DNA of 64,000 nt, taken from NCBI GenBank assembly GCA_963647215.1, contig CAVIZK010000006.1, positions 34,766-98,765 on the forward strand, given 5' to 3'. This stretch comes from Paludibacteraceae bacterium (lineage in GTDB: Bacteria; Bacillota; Clostridia; Oscillospirales; Acutalibacteraceae). The notes below the pieces were generated by a model, which was not told where the DNA came from, did not search any database, and worked only from the letters and a program-made list of their open reading frames with translations. A program made the position numbers and the translations under genes. Shown in pieces: positions 1-9,674 of this stretch. How positions within the stretch are numbered: position 1 is the stretch's first letter; each line of letters starts with the position of its first letter.

Positions 1-36
1 TTGAACTACTTCCTGAAACGAAGTAAGGAGGACTAA
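1..36 (+). CDS. 3' end of an upstream CDS, probably phosphate ABC permease PstC (partial)
   Basis: Open frame ...LNYFLKRSKED* ends at TAA 34-36, 2 nt before the pstA ATG. The assignment rests only on the pstA-pstB-phoU context. Confidence 0.4.
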   Translation: MNYFLKRSKED

Positions 37-38
37 GC

Positions 39-893
39 ATGAAACAGAAGATTAGCACGAAACGAAAATTATATATCGGCACCATGCGCGGCTTCATGTA
101 TTTTTCCGCCGTGGTCTCCGTCAGCCTGGTTGTAGCCATTCTGGTTTATGTTATGGTAAAAGGTGTTCCCAATATTACCTGGGAACTGCTTTCTACAAAG
201 CCAAGCTACTTAAGTGACAGAATCGGCATTCTTCCGGATATTCTGAATACACTTTATATCATTCTTGCCACGTTGCTGATTGTATTGCCGCTCGGCGTTG
301 GCGCCGCCATTTATTTGACGGAATATGCCAAAAACAAAAAGCTGGTAGCACTGATTGAATACGCGGCGGAAACGCTCTCCGGTATTCCGTCCATCATTTA
401 CGGCCTGGTTGGCATGCTGCTGTTCTCCAATAACTTCGGCACCAGTCTTCTGGCGGGTGCGCTGACCCTGGTTATGATGAACTTACCAACCATTATGCGC
501 ACCACGCAGGAAAGCCTGAAGACGGTGCCGCAGAGTTATCGGGAAGGCGCATTCGGCCTGGGCGCGGGCAAATGGCGCGTTATTCGTACCGTTGTTCTGC
601 CCGGATGCGTAGACGGCATTGTTACCGGTTGTATCTTAACCGTCGGCCGCATCCTTGGCGAGTCTGCCGCCCTGCTCTTTACCGCCGGTTTTGCCCACGC
701 CGTCCATGGCCTCTTCTCCGGACTGACCAGCCCAGGTGCAACCTTAACGGTAGCCCTTTACGTTTACGCAAAAGAAGAAGGGGAATTCGGTGTAGCTTTC
801 GCCATTGCCGCCATCCTCATGGTACTGACAATGCTGATTAACCTCTCCGCCACTTTGGTCGGCAAGCACTTTGCAAAAAGGAGATCCTCATGA
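39..893 (+). CDS. pstA: Phosphate ABC transporter permease PstA
   Basis: 284-aa polytopic membrane protein with an EAA-type permease loop ([22 protein letters not shown]). AAGGAGG RBS at 24-30. Immediately precedes pstB. Confidence 0.9.
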   Translation: MKQKISTKRKLYIGTMRGFMYFSAVVSVSLVVAILVYVMVKGVPNITWELLSTKPSYLSDRIGILPDILNTLYIILATLLIVLPLGVGAAIYLTEYAKNKKLVALIEYAAETLSGIPSIIYGLVGMLLFSNNFGTSLLAGALTLVMMNLPTIMRTTQESLKTVPQSYREGAFGLGAGKWRVIRTVVLPGCVDGIVTGCILTVGRILGESAALLFTAGFAHAVHGLFSGLTSPGATLTVALYVYAKEEGEFGVAFAIAAILMVLTMLINLSATLVGKHFAKRRSS

Positions 894-1645
894 GTGATAT
901 CATTACAACTAAGAATCTGAATCTCTGGTACGGAAATTCCCAGGCACTGAAAGACATCAGTATCGCTATTCCGGAACGGAGTATTGTTGCCTTTATCGGC
1001 CCTTCCGGATGTGGCAAGTCCACATTCTTAAAGACACTGAATCGCATGAACGATTTAATTCCTGAAGTCAAAATAGAGGGCACCGTCAATTACAAAGGGC
1101 AGAACATTTACGACAAAAACGTGGATGTTAACGAGCTCCGCAAGGACATCGGTATGGTATTCCAGAAACCGAACCCATTCCCAATGAGCATTTATGACAA
1201 CGTTGCCTACGGCCCACGAACCCACGGGGTTACCAACAAAGTCAAGCTGGACGAGCTGGTAGAAGAGGCTCTGAAGGGCGCCGCCATCTGGGACGAAGTA
1301 AAAGACCGTCTGAAGAAAAATGCCCTTGGCCTTTCCGGCGGACAGCAGCAACGTCTTTGCATTGCCCGTGCACTGGCCGTAAAGCCAGAAGTGCTTTTAA
1401 TGGACGAACCAACCTCCGCACTGGACCCGATTTCCACCGCGCGCATTGAAGATCTGGTTAAGGATTTGAAAAAGCAGTATTCTATCATTATGGTTACACA
1501 TAATATGCAACAGGCCGTCCGCATTTCCGACTACACCGCTTTCTTCCTGTTAGGCGAGATGGTGGAATTTGATAAGACAGAGAAGCTCTTCTCCACACCG
1601 TCGGAAAAACGCACAGAGGATTACATTACAGGAAGGTTTGGTTAA
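890..1645 (+). CDS. pstB: Phosphate ABC transporter ATP-binding protein PstB
   Basis: Walker [13 protein letters not shown] signature LSGGQQQRL and Walker [12 protein letters not shown]. The C-terminal [10 protein letters not shown] is typical of PstB. ATGA overlap with pstA. Confidence 0.95.
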   Translation: MSDIITTKNLNLWYGNSQALKDISIAIPERSIVAFIGPSGCGKSTFLKTLNRMNDLIPEVKIEGTVNYKGQNIYDKNVDVNELRKDIGMVFQKPNPFPMSIYDNVAYGPRTHGVTNKVKLDELVEEALKGAAIWDEVKDRLKKNALGLSGGQQQRLCIARALAVKPEVLLMDEPTSALDPISTARIEDLVKDLKKQYSIIMVTHNMQQAVRISDYTAFFLLGEMVEFDKTEKLFSTPSEKRTEDYITGRFG

Positions 1646-1646
1646 C

Positions 1647-2291
1647 ATGATGACGCGCTTAGATGAACAACTGCTGAAGCTGAACAAGAAAATGATTGAG
1701 ATGGGGGCCCTGTGTGAAGAAATCCTGGCCCTGTCTGCCACCGCTTTAATTGAAGGCGATGTAGAAATCAAAGACAAGGTAGAGCCCATTGACCACGAAA
1801 TTGACCAGATGGAACGGGAAATTGAAGCCTTCTGTCTGAAGCTGTTACTCCGCCAGCAGCCGGTAGCCCGGGACCTGCGCCAGATTTCCGCAGCACTGAA
1901 AATGATTACGGATATGGAACGCATTGGCGACCAGGCGGAAGATATTGCCGATATTATCCCTAAATTGAACGGTCGTACCGGCGAAGAATGCCATTATATC
2001 CGTGATATGGCAGAATCTACCATAAAAATGGTAACAGAGAGTATTGACGCCTACGTCAAACAGGATTTACAATGCGCTCAGGCGGTTTGTGATTATGACA
2101 ATACGGTAGACCATCAATTCCGTCGTGTAAAACACGCGCTGAAAAAGATGATTGCCGAAAATACCGCCGACGGAGAATACGCATTGGATCTTCTGATGAT
2201 TGCCAAATACTTTGAACGCATCGGAGATCATGCGGTCAACATTGCAGAGTGGGTTGCCTTCTCTGTAACAGGAGTGCATAAAGGAGCTTAA
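1647..2291 (+). CDS. phoU: Phosphate signalling regulator PhoU
   Basis: Two PhoU repeats with ERIGDxAxNIA-like motifs (MERIGDQAEDIA, FERIGDHAVNIAEW). The track ORF starts at 1569 inside pstB. It was trimmed to ATG 1647, which follows GGAAGG at 1631-1636. Confidence 0.9.
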   Translation: MMTRLDEQLLKLNKKMIEMGALCEEILALSATALIEGDVEIKDKVEPIDHEIDQMEREIEAFCLKLLLRQQPVARDLRQISAALKMITDMERIGDQAEDIADIIPKLNGRTGEECHYIRDMAESTIKMVTESIDAYVKQDLQCAQAVCDYDNTVDHQFRRVKHALKKMIAENTADGEYALDLLMIAKYFERIGDHAVNIAEWVAFSVTGVHKGA

Positions 2292-2293
2292 GT

Positions 2294-2977
2294 ATGATTT
2301 GGTGTGTAGATGACGATCAAACCATTCGGGACATTGAAGTTTATGCGTTAGAGCAGTGTGGATTTTCGGCACAGGGCTTTTCTGATGGCATTTCCATGCT
2401 GAAGGCCTTGGAAGACACGCAACCGGAGCTGATTATCTTAGATATTATGCTGCCGGAAAAAGACGGGGTAGAAGTGCTGAAGGAAATCCGAAGCAACCCG
2501 CAAACCCGAAAGATTCCGATCATCATGGCTACTGCTAAAGGTACGGAAATGGATAAAATTCAGGGCCTGGACGCCGGTGCCGATGATTATCTGGCCAAGC
2601 CCTTTGGCGTAATGGAAATGGTTTCCCGCGTCAAAGCGGTTTTACGGCGATGTGCTCCTGCAGAGCAGGACTCTGTTTATACAGTAGGCCCCATTACCCT
2701 GAATGACAGTGAACACTCTGTTACCGTCAATCAGGAGCCGGTTACGTTAACCGCAAAGGAATTCAAATTATTAAAACTATTTCTGCAGCATCCGGGGAAG
2801 GTACTCTCCAGAGACCGTATCCTATCTGATATTTGGGATATGGATTACCTGGGAGAATCCCGGACGGTAGATATGCATATCAAGACCCTCAGAAAGAAGC
2901 TGGGGGAATCCGGCAAGCTGATTGAAACCGTCATTGGTGTCGGATATCGCCTGGGAGGAGGCAACCATGAGCAATAA
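2294..2977 (+). CDS. OmpR/PhoB-family response regulator (Pho regulon context)
   Basis: Receiver domain (DDD...ILDIMLP..DG, KPF) plus a winged-helix C-terminus (LTAKEFKLLKLF, VDMHIKTLRKKL, GVGYRL). AAGGAG RBS. Confidence 0.85.
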   Translation: MIWCVDDDQTIRDIEVYALEQCGFSAQGFSDGISMLKALEDTQPELIILDIMLPEKDGVEVLKEIRSNPQTRKIPIIMATAKGTEMDKIQGLDAGADDYLAKPFGVMEMVSRVKAVLRRCAPAEQDSVYTVGPITLNDSEHSVTVNQEPVTLTAKEFKLLKLFLQHPGKVLSRDRILSDIWDMDYLGESRTVDMHIKTLRKKLGESGKLIETVIGVGYRLGGGNHEQ

Positions 2978-4637
2978 AATATTCAAATCCATGATTACCG
3001 TTGCCATGGCGGTACTGGCCGCCAGCATTTTAATTGCCAGCGGCTTTTTCTATAATTACTTTTACCAGGTGCAGGAACAGCAGTTGGAGGAGGAACTGAC
3101 CCTGGTTTCTTCCACCATCGGGACAGAGGGGGCCGACTATTTTCAGGATTATGAATCTTCCCGCGTGCGATTTACGCTTATAGATGAATCCGGTACTGTT
3201 CTGTATGATTCCGACGCTGACGCCTCCAAAATGGAAAACCACATGGATCGCCAGGAAATCAAGGATGCCTTTGCAACCGGACAGGGGAGCGATGAACGCT
3301 ATTCCCACACCCTGACAAAGAAAACCATTTACCGGGCAATCAAACTGGAAGACGGAACCGTTCTTCGGGCTGCCGTAACCCAGATTACCTCAGGTGTTAT
3401 GCTGGTTGGTATGATCCCCATGATTCTGGTTTTGATTGCCGCTTCCATTATTATTTCGCTGGTGCTTTCCAATCGTATGGCGAAGAGCATTGTAAAGCCG
3501 TTGTATGAACTGGATCTGGATCATCCTTCCTCTAACAGTGATGCTTATGAGGAATTGTCACCCATCCTGACCAAGATGAACAAACAGCGGAAAAAGATTA
3601 AGTGGCAGAAAGAACAGCTGCAACAGAAGCAGACCGAGTTCAATCAGATTACGCTGTCTATGGCAGAAGGCCTGGTTCTTTTAGATAAAAAAGGAGTCGT
3701 CATCAGCATCAACCCGGCAGCTATGAAAATCTTTGGTGCCACTGAATCGCCGGTGGGACAGGTTTTCCTGATGGTAGACCGCAGCCCGGCCATGTCCGCT
3801 GCCATTGAAAAGGCCCTGAGCGGCAGGGAAAGCGAGTTTTACGAAAAGAAAGACGGCAGGGATTATCGTTTCCTGCTGACCGGTATTAAATCCGATGAGA
3901 AAACCATTGGTGCCGTCATTCTTTGCTTTGATGTAACGGAAACGTTGCAGGCCGAAGAAAACCGGAAAGAATTTACGGCCAACGTTTCCCATGAATTAAA
4001 AACGCCGCTCCAGTCCATCATTGGCAGCGCCGAATTGCTGGAGGCCGGCCTGGTAAAACCGGAAGACAACGCCAGATTTGTCGGGAACATCAAAAAAGAG
4101 GCTAACCGTATGGTTACCCTGATTAATGACATTATTCAGTTGTCCCAGTTAGATGAAGCCACAGAGGCAACCAAAGAACCAGTGGACCTGTATGAAGTAG
4201 CACTGGAAGTAAAAGACGCTTTGTCAGATGTTGCTTCCAAACGGCAGATTACCTTGTATACGGAAGGTACTTCCTGTACTATGAACGGTATTCGCCGGTA
4301 CTTATATGAAATTCTGTACAATCTTTGTGACAACGGAATCCGTTACAACAAAGAAGGCGGTCATGTTACAATGTCTGTTGTAAAGCAGGGCAAGTCTGCC
4401 GTTGTAACCGTTTCAGATACCGGAATTGGCATTCCGGCAGAGCACCAGTCCCGCATCTTTGAACGCTTCTACCGGGTAGATAAAAGCCATTCCAAGGAAA
4501 CCGGTGGTACCGGCCTTGGCCTGTCCATTGTAAAGCATGCAGTTGCTTATCATGATGGCAACATTGAACTGCACAGCGAAGAGGGGAAAGGCACTACCAT
4601 TACGGTAACCTTCCCGTTGGATGCGGAAGAAGCCTAA
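2967..4637 (+). CDS. PhoR-like sensor histidine kinase
   Basis: Two TM segments, a PAS-like region, H-box FTANVSHELKTPL and HATPase motifs (DNGIRYN, DTGIGI, GGTGLGLSIV). Trimmed to ATG 2967, which overlaps the regulator stop. Confidence 0.85.
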   Translation: MSNKIFKSMITVAMAVLAASILIASGFFYNYFYQVQEQQLEEELTLVSSTIGTEGADYFQDYESSRVRFTLIDESGTVLYDSDADASKMENHMDRQEIKDAFATGQGSDERYSHTLTKKTIYRAIKLEDGTVLRAAVTQITSGVMLVGMIPMILVLIAASIIISLVLSNRMAKSIVKPLYELDLDHPSSNSDAYEELSPILTKMNKQRKKIKWQKEQLQQKQTEFNQITLSMAEGLVLLDKKGVVISINPAAMKIFGATESPVGQVFLMVDRSPAMSAAIEKALSGRESEFYEKKDGRDYRFLLTGIKSDEKTIGAVILCFDVTETLQAEENRKEFTANVSHELKTPLQSIIGSAELLEAGLVKPEDNARFVGNIKKEANRMVTLINDIIQLSQLDEATEATKEPVDLYEVALEVKDALSDVASKRQITLYTEGTSCTMNGIRRYLYEILYNLCDNGIRYNKEGGHVTMSVVKQGKSAVVTVSDTGIGIPAEHQSRIFERFYRVDKSHSKETGGTGLGLSIVKHAVAYHDGNIELHSEEGKGTTITVTFPLDAEEA

Positions 4638-4665
4638 CCAAAAGAAGCTTGAAAAAGCATAACAA

Positions 4666-4698
4666 AAAGAGCCGCTCGGATGAGCGGCTCTTTCTTTT
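4666..4698. terminator. Bidirectional intrinsic terminator between convergent genes
   Basis: Stem AGAGCCGCTC / GAGCGGCTCT with an A-run before and TTCTTTT after. Lies between the kinase stop (4637) and the minus-strand stop at 4721. Confidence 0.7.
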
Positions 4699-4720
4699 AC
4701 CTTAAGCAAATACAGGAATC

Positions 4721-6265
4721 TTATTTCTTCTTGTATTCGTCATAGTCACGATAAATTTCTTCACCGAAAACAAGGTCTTCATTCTTAGCGTGGTCAGCAT
4801 ACCAAACCTGAGCAAAGAACGGGTTCTTCTTAGCAATGGCATCATAGTTCCATGGGAACGGATGGCATTCCGGGCACCAGTGGCCGCCCTTAAGAACCAG
4901 GTTCAGGGACATGTTGAACTTGTGACCAAATGCGCATTCCCATTCGGAGGAAGCATCATAAGGATCACCGGCATAGTTGATCAGCTTGCCGCCACGATAG
5001 TCAGCAGCCTTCTGAATATCTTCTACAGTCAGTTCGGAAAGCTTCTTGCTTTCGTCATAACCATGATTCAGCTTATATTTGTCAGCTTCAGCAATGTCAT
5101 TGCTTGGAGGAGTCAGATCCCAATCCTTCCAGTTGTCGGAAAGGGTCTTCCAGTGTTCATAACCATAGGAGTTGGTGTCGCCCCAGAAAGCAGACATTCT
5201 TTCCGGATCCTTGTTTTTGATCCAGGTTCTGGTACCAAAACGCTTGTCCTTAGCAATCATGCCAAGTGCAGCTCTGGTCAGCTGGGAGATACCAGGTACT
5301 CTTACAACGCAGGACAGCTTGTAGAACCATTCAACCTTCTTGGACATTTCCTTGAAGTAGTCCTTAGCCGGAATATGCTGCTGGAAGTGCAGGTAATTTT
5401 CCAGAACGTCGGAGTCAGCATACCACTGGCCGTGGAAGTTTCTGTCAATGAACCAGTTCGGCTTGAATACGCGCTTGGAAGCGTCGTGGCCCATGCCGAT
5501 AGCCCACAGAAGAAGGTCTTCAAATTCATACAGGGAAAGTCTGTATTCAGCACCGGAACCGATGTTGTAGAAGCTTCTGTAGAAGTCTTCCGGCAGGTCA
5601 TCGGAGCAGATATGATCCATCAGGATGGCAGAGTCATCAATGGTAGCCCATTCCAGAACGTCATTCATTGGAACGTGGAACATGATTGGGTCCATATTCT
5701 TCAGGATTTCCGGATAAAGGATACCGGACTGACGAAGGGAAACCCATTTCTTTAAGCCGGATTCGGCAAATACAGCTTCGGCGTTAACCTTGGAAACTGC
5801 ATAGTGGTCATAAACAGAGCACTTGATTGGGTCACCGGTGCGGCCCCAGTGAATACCAACCGGACGGTTGCCGGTTTCTGCAACAGTACCAATGTAGCAG
5901 GCAAGAATGTCATCTGCATTCGGCTGAGCCTTAATTGCCTTAACAATGTTTTCTGCAGCAAGAACGTTGGTCTTCAGAGTCTTCTTTGGCCAGTAGTCAG
6001 CAGCCGGAGATACCAGACCGCCGATATGGAGAACGTAAGAAGAGCCGTCTACGCCTTTCTTTACGCTGTCATAGTCACCGAAGTCACCCCAAACAATTTC
6101 AACGCGTGGGTCATTCATGTAGTCAGCGAAGAGAACGTGGTTCTTTTCGGAATCACGAAGCAATACGCTGATGTCCAGGTCCGGGCGATTCTTATAAATC
6201 TGTTTGAAAGAAGCCCAGCCCATGGTACCGGAAGCACCGGTAATAAAAACTTTCTTGTTTGCCAT
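4721..6265 (-). CDS. Extended SDR / NAD-dependent epimerase-dehydratase family protein with a long C-terminal extension
   Basis: N-terminal Rossmann motif VFITGASGTMGW, a YxxxK (YAVSK), then about 200 extra residues ending in the Cys/His/Trp-rich segment WECAFGHKF...GGHWCPECHPFPW. AGGAGG RBS. Confidence 0.6.
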   Translation of the reverse strand: MANKKVFITGASGTMGWASFKQIYKNRPDLDISVLLRDSEKNHVLFADYMNDPRVEIVWGDFGDYDSVKKGVDGSSYVLHIGGLVSPAADYWPKKTLKTNVLAAENIVKAIKAQPNADDILACYIGTVAETGNRPVGIHWGRTGDPIKCSVYDHYAVSKVNAEAVFAESGLKKWVSLRQSGILYPEILKNMDPIMFHVPMNDVLEWATIDDSAILMDHICSDDLPEDFYRSFYNIGSGAEYRLSLYEFEDLLLWAIGMGHDASKRVFKPNWFIDRNFHGQWYADSDVLENYLHFQQHIPAKDYFKEMSKKVEWFYKLSCVVRVPGISQLTRAALGMIAKDKRFGTRTWIKNKDPERMSAFWGDTNSYGYEHWKTLSDNWKDWDLTPPSNDIAEADKYKLNHGYDESKKLSELTVEDIQKAADYRGGKLINYAGDPYDASSEWECAFGHKFNMSLNLVLKGGHWCPECHPFPWNYDAIAKKNPFFAQVWYADHAKNEDLVFGEEIYRDYDEYKKK

Positions 6266-6534
6266 ATTGACAAATCCTCCTTCTTTTTTTCAGTGATAGA
6301 GTAAGGAAAGTACGCCTTACCGTCTTCACAACATCACTGTCATTGTACCATAAATTCCGACTCACGGTCCCGTTTTGAAACTGGTTTCCTTGTCGTTTCT
6401 GAAGAGAATCTTTAAGTTGGTTTTTGTGCACTTTGTCTAAGTTTTTGCGATTTGTATTGCTGTATAGAAGGACTTCGTTATTATTTTGTCAAAAACTTTT
6501 AGATTTTTCGGGTTAAATTTTCTGTTTCTTTTAC

Positions 6535-6569
6535 AATAAAGAAAAGGGTGCGTTTTCATAACGCACCCA
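6535..6569 (-). terminator. Intrinsic terminator of the 6594-7643 gene
   Basis: Minus-strand hairpin GGGTGCGTT-atgaa-AACGCACCC followed by TTTTCTTTATT. Confidence 0.6.
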
Positions 6570-6593
6570 AAGTCTTATTATTGATTTGCTTTT

Positions 6594-7643
6594 TTAAATA
6601 GTAAAAGCTTCCTGGTCAATTTCTTTGACTCTGACCTTCTTTGGAACCGGAATCAGAAGAAGGAGACCAACTAAGAACAAAGCAAGGGAAATCTGGTAGC
6701 CGAAGTAATTATAGGTATGATTGCTGGCGTACCGCACCCAGGCACCAAGGCCATTAATACTCTTTTTGGCAACTCCGATGTAATTGTCCAGCGTTACCTG
6801 ATAATGATCTGTATCATTTTCCACTTCCAGAACAACGGAAGAGCCATCATTGTTAATGGAAACCACTTTGCCAAACAGTCTGCCTTCGGTTACGGTGCTG
6901 GCCACTACATCATTGACCTGTACTTCATCCAGATCTGTTTTCTTGACCTTAACAACCTGATTGGTATTTAAGTTAGCACCGTTATAATCCTGGCAAACAG
7001 AAGTAAATCTGTATCCGAACGGAGCCGCTTTAGTCCATTTGCTACCGAAGAGGCAGAAGATGGTGCTGATGAAAGCAAACAGGATTAAAACCAGCAGCAG
7101 AATAGAAATGGTTCTTCTGGCAATACGGTTGGCTTTTGGATGACGGGTGGTCTTTTCTGCCTTCGGGTCCGGAATGGAAAATTCTTCTTCCGGTTGCCAG
7201 GCATCTGCGTCCTGTTGAGGCTGTTCCGTCCAGATTCCCTGGGATTCATCCGGAATGGCGGGTAGGGGAGCTGTGTCTTCCTCCGGTTCGGAGAAAGAGG
7301 AGATGTCTTCGTAAACCGGTTCTGCAGGAAGCTGTTCCGGCTCTTCTTCAGGCTCCGGTTCTTCCGGAACTTCCTCTTCGGGAAGTTCTTCCTCCGGTTC
7401 CGGTTCTTCCGGGAAAGCCTGTAACGCATCCAGCTGTTCTTGCAATTTCCGGTTTTCTTCCTGTAATGCTGCAACATCTACATCCAAAATACCGGAGTCT
7501 TCAATTGCCTTAATACGTTTGGCAAACGCCTTACAGTCTTTGCGAAGCTTTTTGTTCTTCGCCGTTAAGTTGCTCTTTTCCTTGGTTAGGGATTCCACTA
7601 AGGCTATGAGTTCCTCAACGCTCTTGTTTTCAAGATCAGACAT
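6594..7643 (-). CDS. Hypothetical membrane protein: coiled-coil N-terminus, acidic Pro/Glu repeat, two TM segments
   Basis: Trimmed to the ATG at 7643, which follows GGAGG. N-terminal heptad-like region (KEKSNLTAKNKKLRKDCK...ENRKLQEQLDALQ). Acidic run EEPEPEEELPEEEVPEEPEPEEEPEQLP. TM segment ILLLVLILFAFISTIFCLF and a C-terminal TM segment. No recognised catalytic motif. Confidence 0.6.
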   Translation of the reverse strand: MSDLENKSVEELIALVESLTKEKSNLTAKNKKLRKDCKAFAKRIKAIEDSGILDVDVAALQEENRKLQEQLDALQAFPEEPEPEEELPEEEVPEEPEPEEEPEQLPAEPVYEDISSFSEPEEDTAPLPAIPDESQGIWTEQPQQDADAWQPEEEFSIPDPKAEKTTRHPKANRIARRTISILLLVLILFAFISTIFCLFGSKWTKAAPFGYRFTSVCQDYNGANLNTNQVVKVKKTDLDEVQVNDVVASTVTEGRLFGKVVSINNDGSSVVLEVENDTDHYQVTLDNYIGVAKKSINGLGAWVRYASNHTYNYFGYQISLALFLVGLLLLIPVPKKVRVKEIDQEAFTI

Positions 7644-7790
7644 GGGGATACCTCCATATAGTATTCTTCTAAATTTTATTCTTTTACCCCGGAAAAGGCA
7701 ATAGAAAGCGCGGAAGAAAAGCAAGGGAATCGTTGAAACTAATACTATATTATAGTAAAATCTTTGTATTCTTCAGGAAGGGGAACAGTC

Positions 7791-8327
7791 ATGAAAAATA
7801 CGTCCCTGACGGCATTGGGCGGTATTATTACCGCGCTGTCCATCTTTCTTCTTTTCCTGACGGGCATGATTCCGAACACCACTTACTTATTACCCGTTTT
7901 TGCTGCCATCCTTATGTTACCCATGCTGGAAGAAGCAGACCGGAAATGGGCCTGGTTTATTTATATTGCCGTATCTGTCCTGTCTTTCTTTATTGTTACG
8001 GATAAAGAAGCTGCTGTTATGTATGTATTCGTATTTGGATACTATCCTATTTTAAAGCAACTGCTGGAAAGCCATTTCAAGAAACCCATTGCCTGGATTT
8101 TTAAATTTCTTATTTACAACCTGATGGTCGTGGCAGCGTATCTGCTGATTATTTATGTGTTCTTAATTCCGGTAGACGGTCTGGACCGCTTTGGAAAATG
8201 GACGCCACTGTTATTATTAGCACTAATGGATCTGGTCCTGCTTGTTTATGACTACCTGGTTACCGTCCTTACCCGTGTTTACAAAAAAAGTTATGCGGAA
8301 CAGGTTCACAAACTATTCCGTCGTTGA
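7791..8327 (+). CDS. Hypothetical polytopic membrane protein
   Basis: About 5 hydrophobic segments. Trimmed to ATG 7791 after GGAAGGGG. No family recognised by eye. Confidence 0.55.
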   Translation: MKNTSLTALGGIITALSIFLLFLTGMIPNTTYLLPVFAAILMLPMLEEADRKWAWFIYIAVSVLSFFIVTDKEAAVMYVFVFGYYPILKQLLESHFKKPIAWIFKFLIYNLMVVAAYLLIIYVFLIPVDGLDRFGKWTPLLLLALMDLVLLVYDYLVTVLTRVYKKSYAEQVHKLFRR

Positions 8328-8376
8328 AATGAAAAAAGAAGAGCTCTGGTAGGACACTTTACCAGCAAGACACTCT

Positions 8377-8401
8377 AAACACTTTAAACACTAAAAACAC
8401 T
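8377..8401 (+). repeat. Three tandem 9-nt units AAACACT(TT/AA) directly upstream of the RBS of the 8415 gene
   Basis: AAACACT at 8377, 8386 and 8395. Further ACACT copies at 8354 and 8370. Confidence 0.8.
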
Positions 8402-8414
8402 AAAGGAACCCTAT

Positions 8415-9674
8415 ATGAAAGATACTATTCTTGTGGTCGGTGGGGGCGCCGGCGGGCTGATGGCAGCCTGCACGGCAGCACAGGCCGGAGCGCAGGTAAC
8501 TTTAATTGAAAAGAATGCGCGCATTGGCCGCAAGCTTCTGATCAGCGGCAAAGGCCGTTGTAACCTGACCAATGATCAGACGGACGTGCGGTATTTAATG
8601 GAACAGATTCCCGGCAACGGGCGGTTCCTTTACAGTGCCTTTGCTGACTGGATGCCACATGACCAAATGGAGTTTATAGAAGCACTGGGCGTGCCGTTGA
8701 AAACGGAACGCGGAAACCGGGTCTTTCCGGTTTCCGACCAGTCCAAGGATATTGTAGATGCCTTTGACCGCTGCCTGAAGCAGTGCGGCGTTAAGCGCAT
8801 TCTGAATGACCGTGTTATCGGTCTGCAGTTTTCAGAAGACCGGATTACCGGCGTACAGACACAGCACCACGGCCTGTTGCCGTGCACTGCCTGCATCCTG
8901 GCCACCGGCGGCTGTACCTATCCACGGACCGGATCCACCGGAGACGGCTACCGCTTAGCTAAAGAAGCAGGGCATACCGTAACGCCATTACATCCGTGTC
9001 TGGTCCCACTTGTTTCAGAAGATCCGGCCTGTAAAGAACTGCAAGGCCTTTCCCTAAAGAACGTGCACCTTTCGTTGTATCAAACCGGAAAGAAAAAGCC
9101 GCTTTATCAGGAACTGGGGGAAATGCTGTTTACCCATTTTGGCGTCTCCGGTCCATTGGTCCTCAGCGCCAGCTCCCACTTGCCGGCCGGCCCCGGTCCG
9201 GAAGAATTTTACCTGGAAGTGGACTTAAAACCGGGACTGTCCGAAGAGCAACTGGATAAACGAATCCAACGGGATTTTGAAGACAACGTAAACAAAGCCT
9301 TTCAAAATTCACTTTCCCGGCTGTTGCCTTCCTCCATGATTCCGGTCATTGTTCAAAAATCCGGTATCTCTGCAGAAAAGAAGGTACACCAGATTACCAA
9401 AGAAGAGCGCCATCATTTAGTGCACTTACTGAAGCACTACCGCATTCCTATTAGCGGATGCCGTCCCATGGAGGAAGGCATCGTGACCGGTGGCGGTGTT
9501 TCCTTAAAAGAAGTTAACCCCAAAACCATGGAGTCCAAATTAAAGCAGGGCCTTTACTTTGCAGGAGAGCTTTTGGACCTGGACGCCTACACAGGCGGTT
9601 ATAATTTACAGATTGCTTTTTCCACCGGTCACCTGGCCGGGGAAAGTGCAGCAAAGGAGAGCAACCATGTTTAA
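8415..9674 (+). CDS. HI0933/YhiN (BaiN-like) family NAD(P)/FAD-dependent flavoprotein
   Basis: N-terminus VVGGGAGGLMAA...EKN.RIGRKLLISGKGRCNLTN, and C-terminus GGVSLKEVNPKTMESK...LYFAGELLDLDAYTGGYNLQIAF, characteristic of this family. Confidence 0.85.
   Translation: MKDTILVVGGGAGGLMAACTAAQAGAQVTLIEKNARIGRKLLISGKGRCNLTNDQTDVRYLMEQIPGNGRFLYSAFADWMPHDQMEFIEALGVPLKTERGNRVFPVSDQSKDIVDAFDRCLKQCGVKRILNDRVIGLQFSEDRITGVQTQHHGLLPCTACILATGGCTYPRTGSTGDGYRLAKEAGHTVTPLHPCLVPLVSEDPACKELQGLSLKNVHLSLYQTGKKKPLYQELGEMLFTHFGVSGPLVLSASSHLPAGPGPEEFYLEVDLKPGLSEEQLDKRIQRDFEDNVNKAFQNSLSRLLPSSMIPVIVQKSGISAEKKVHQITKEERHHLVHLLKHYRIPISGCRPMEEGIVTGGGVSLKEVNPKTMESKLKQGLYFAGELLDLDAYTGGYNLQIAFSTGHLAGESAAKESNHV

Noticed and set aside
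1569-1646. N-terminal extensions in the ORF track (phoU 1569, kinase 2922, cmk 9559, MATE 19646, S4 38546, MBL 42880, fbp 47868, argB 53639, argC 55826, nusB 63984 and others)
   Set aside because: The extensions overlap the upstream genes and lack an RBS. Internal starts preceded by GGAGG-like sequences give N-termini that match the families.
4790-5755. 321-aa + strand ORF
   Set aside because: It lies entirely antisense to the well-supported SDR gene, has no RBS, and its low-complexity composition is typical of a shadow ORF.
6266-6534. Riboswitch in the long upstream region of the SDR gene
   Set aside because: It contains only a short hairpin (GTAAGG/CCTTAC) and promoter-like hexamers. It matches no riboswitch consensus I know, and there is no terminator/antiterminator pair.
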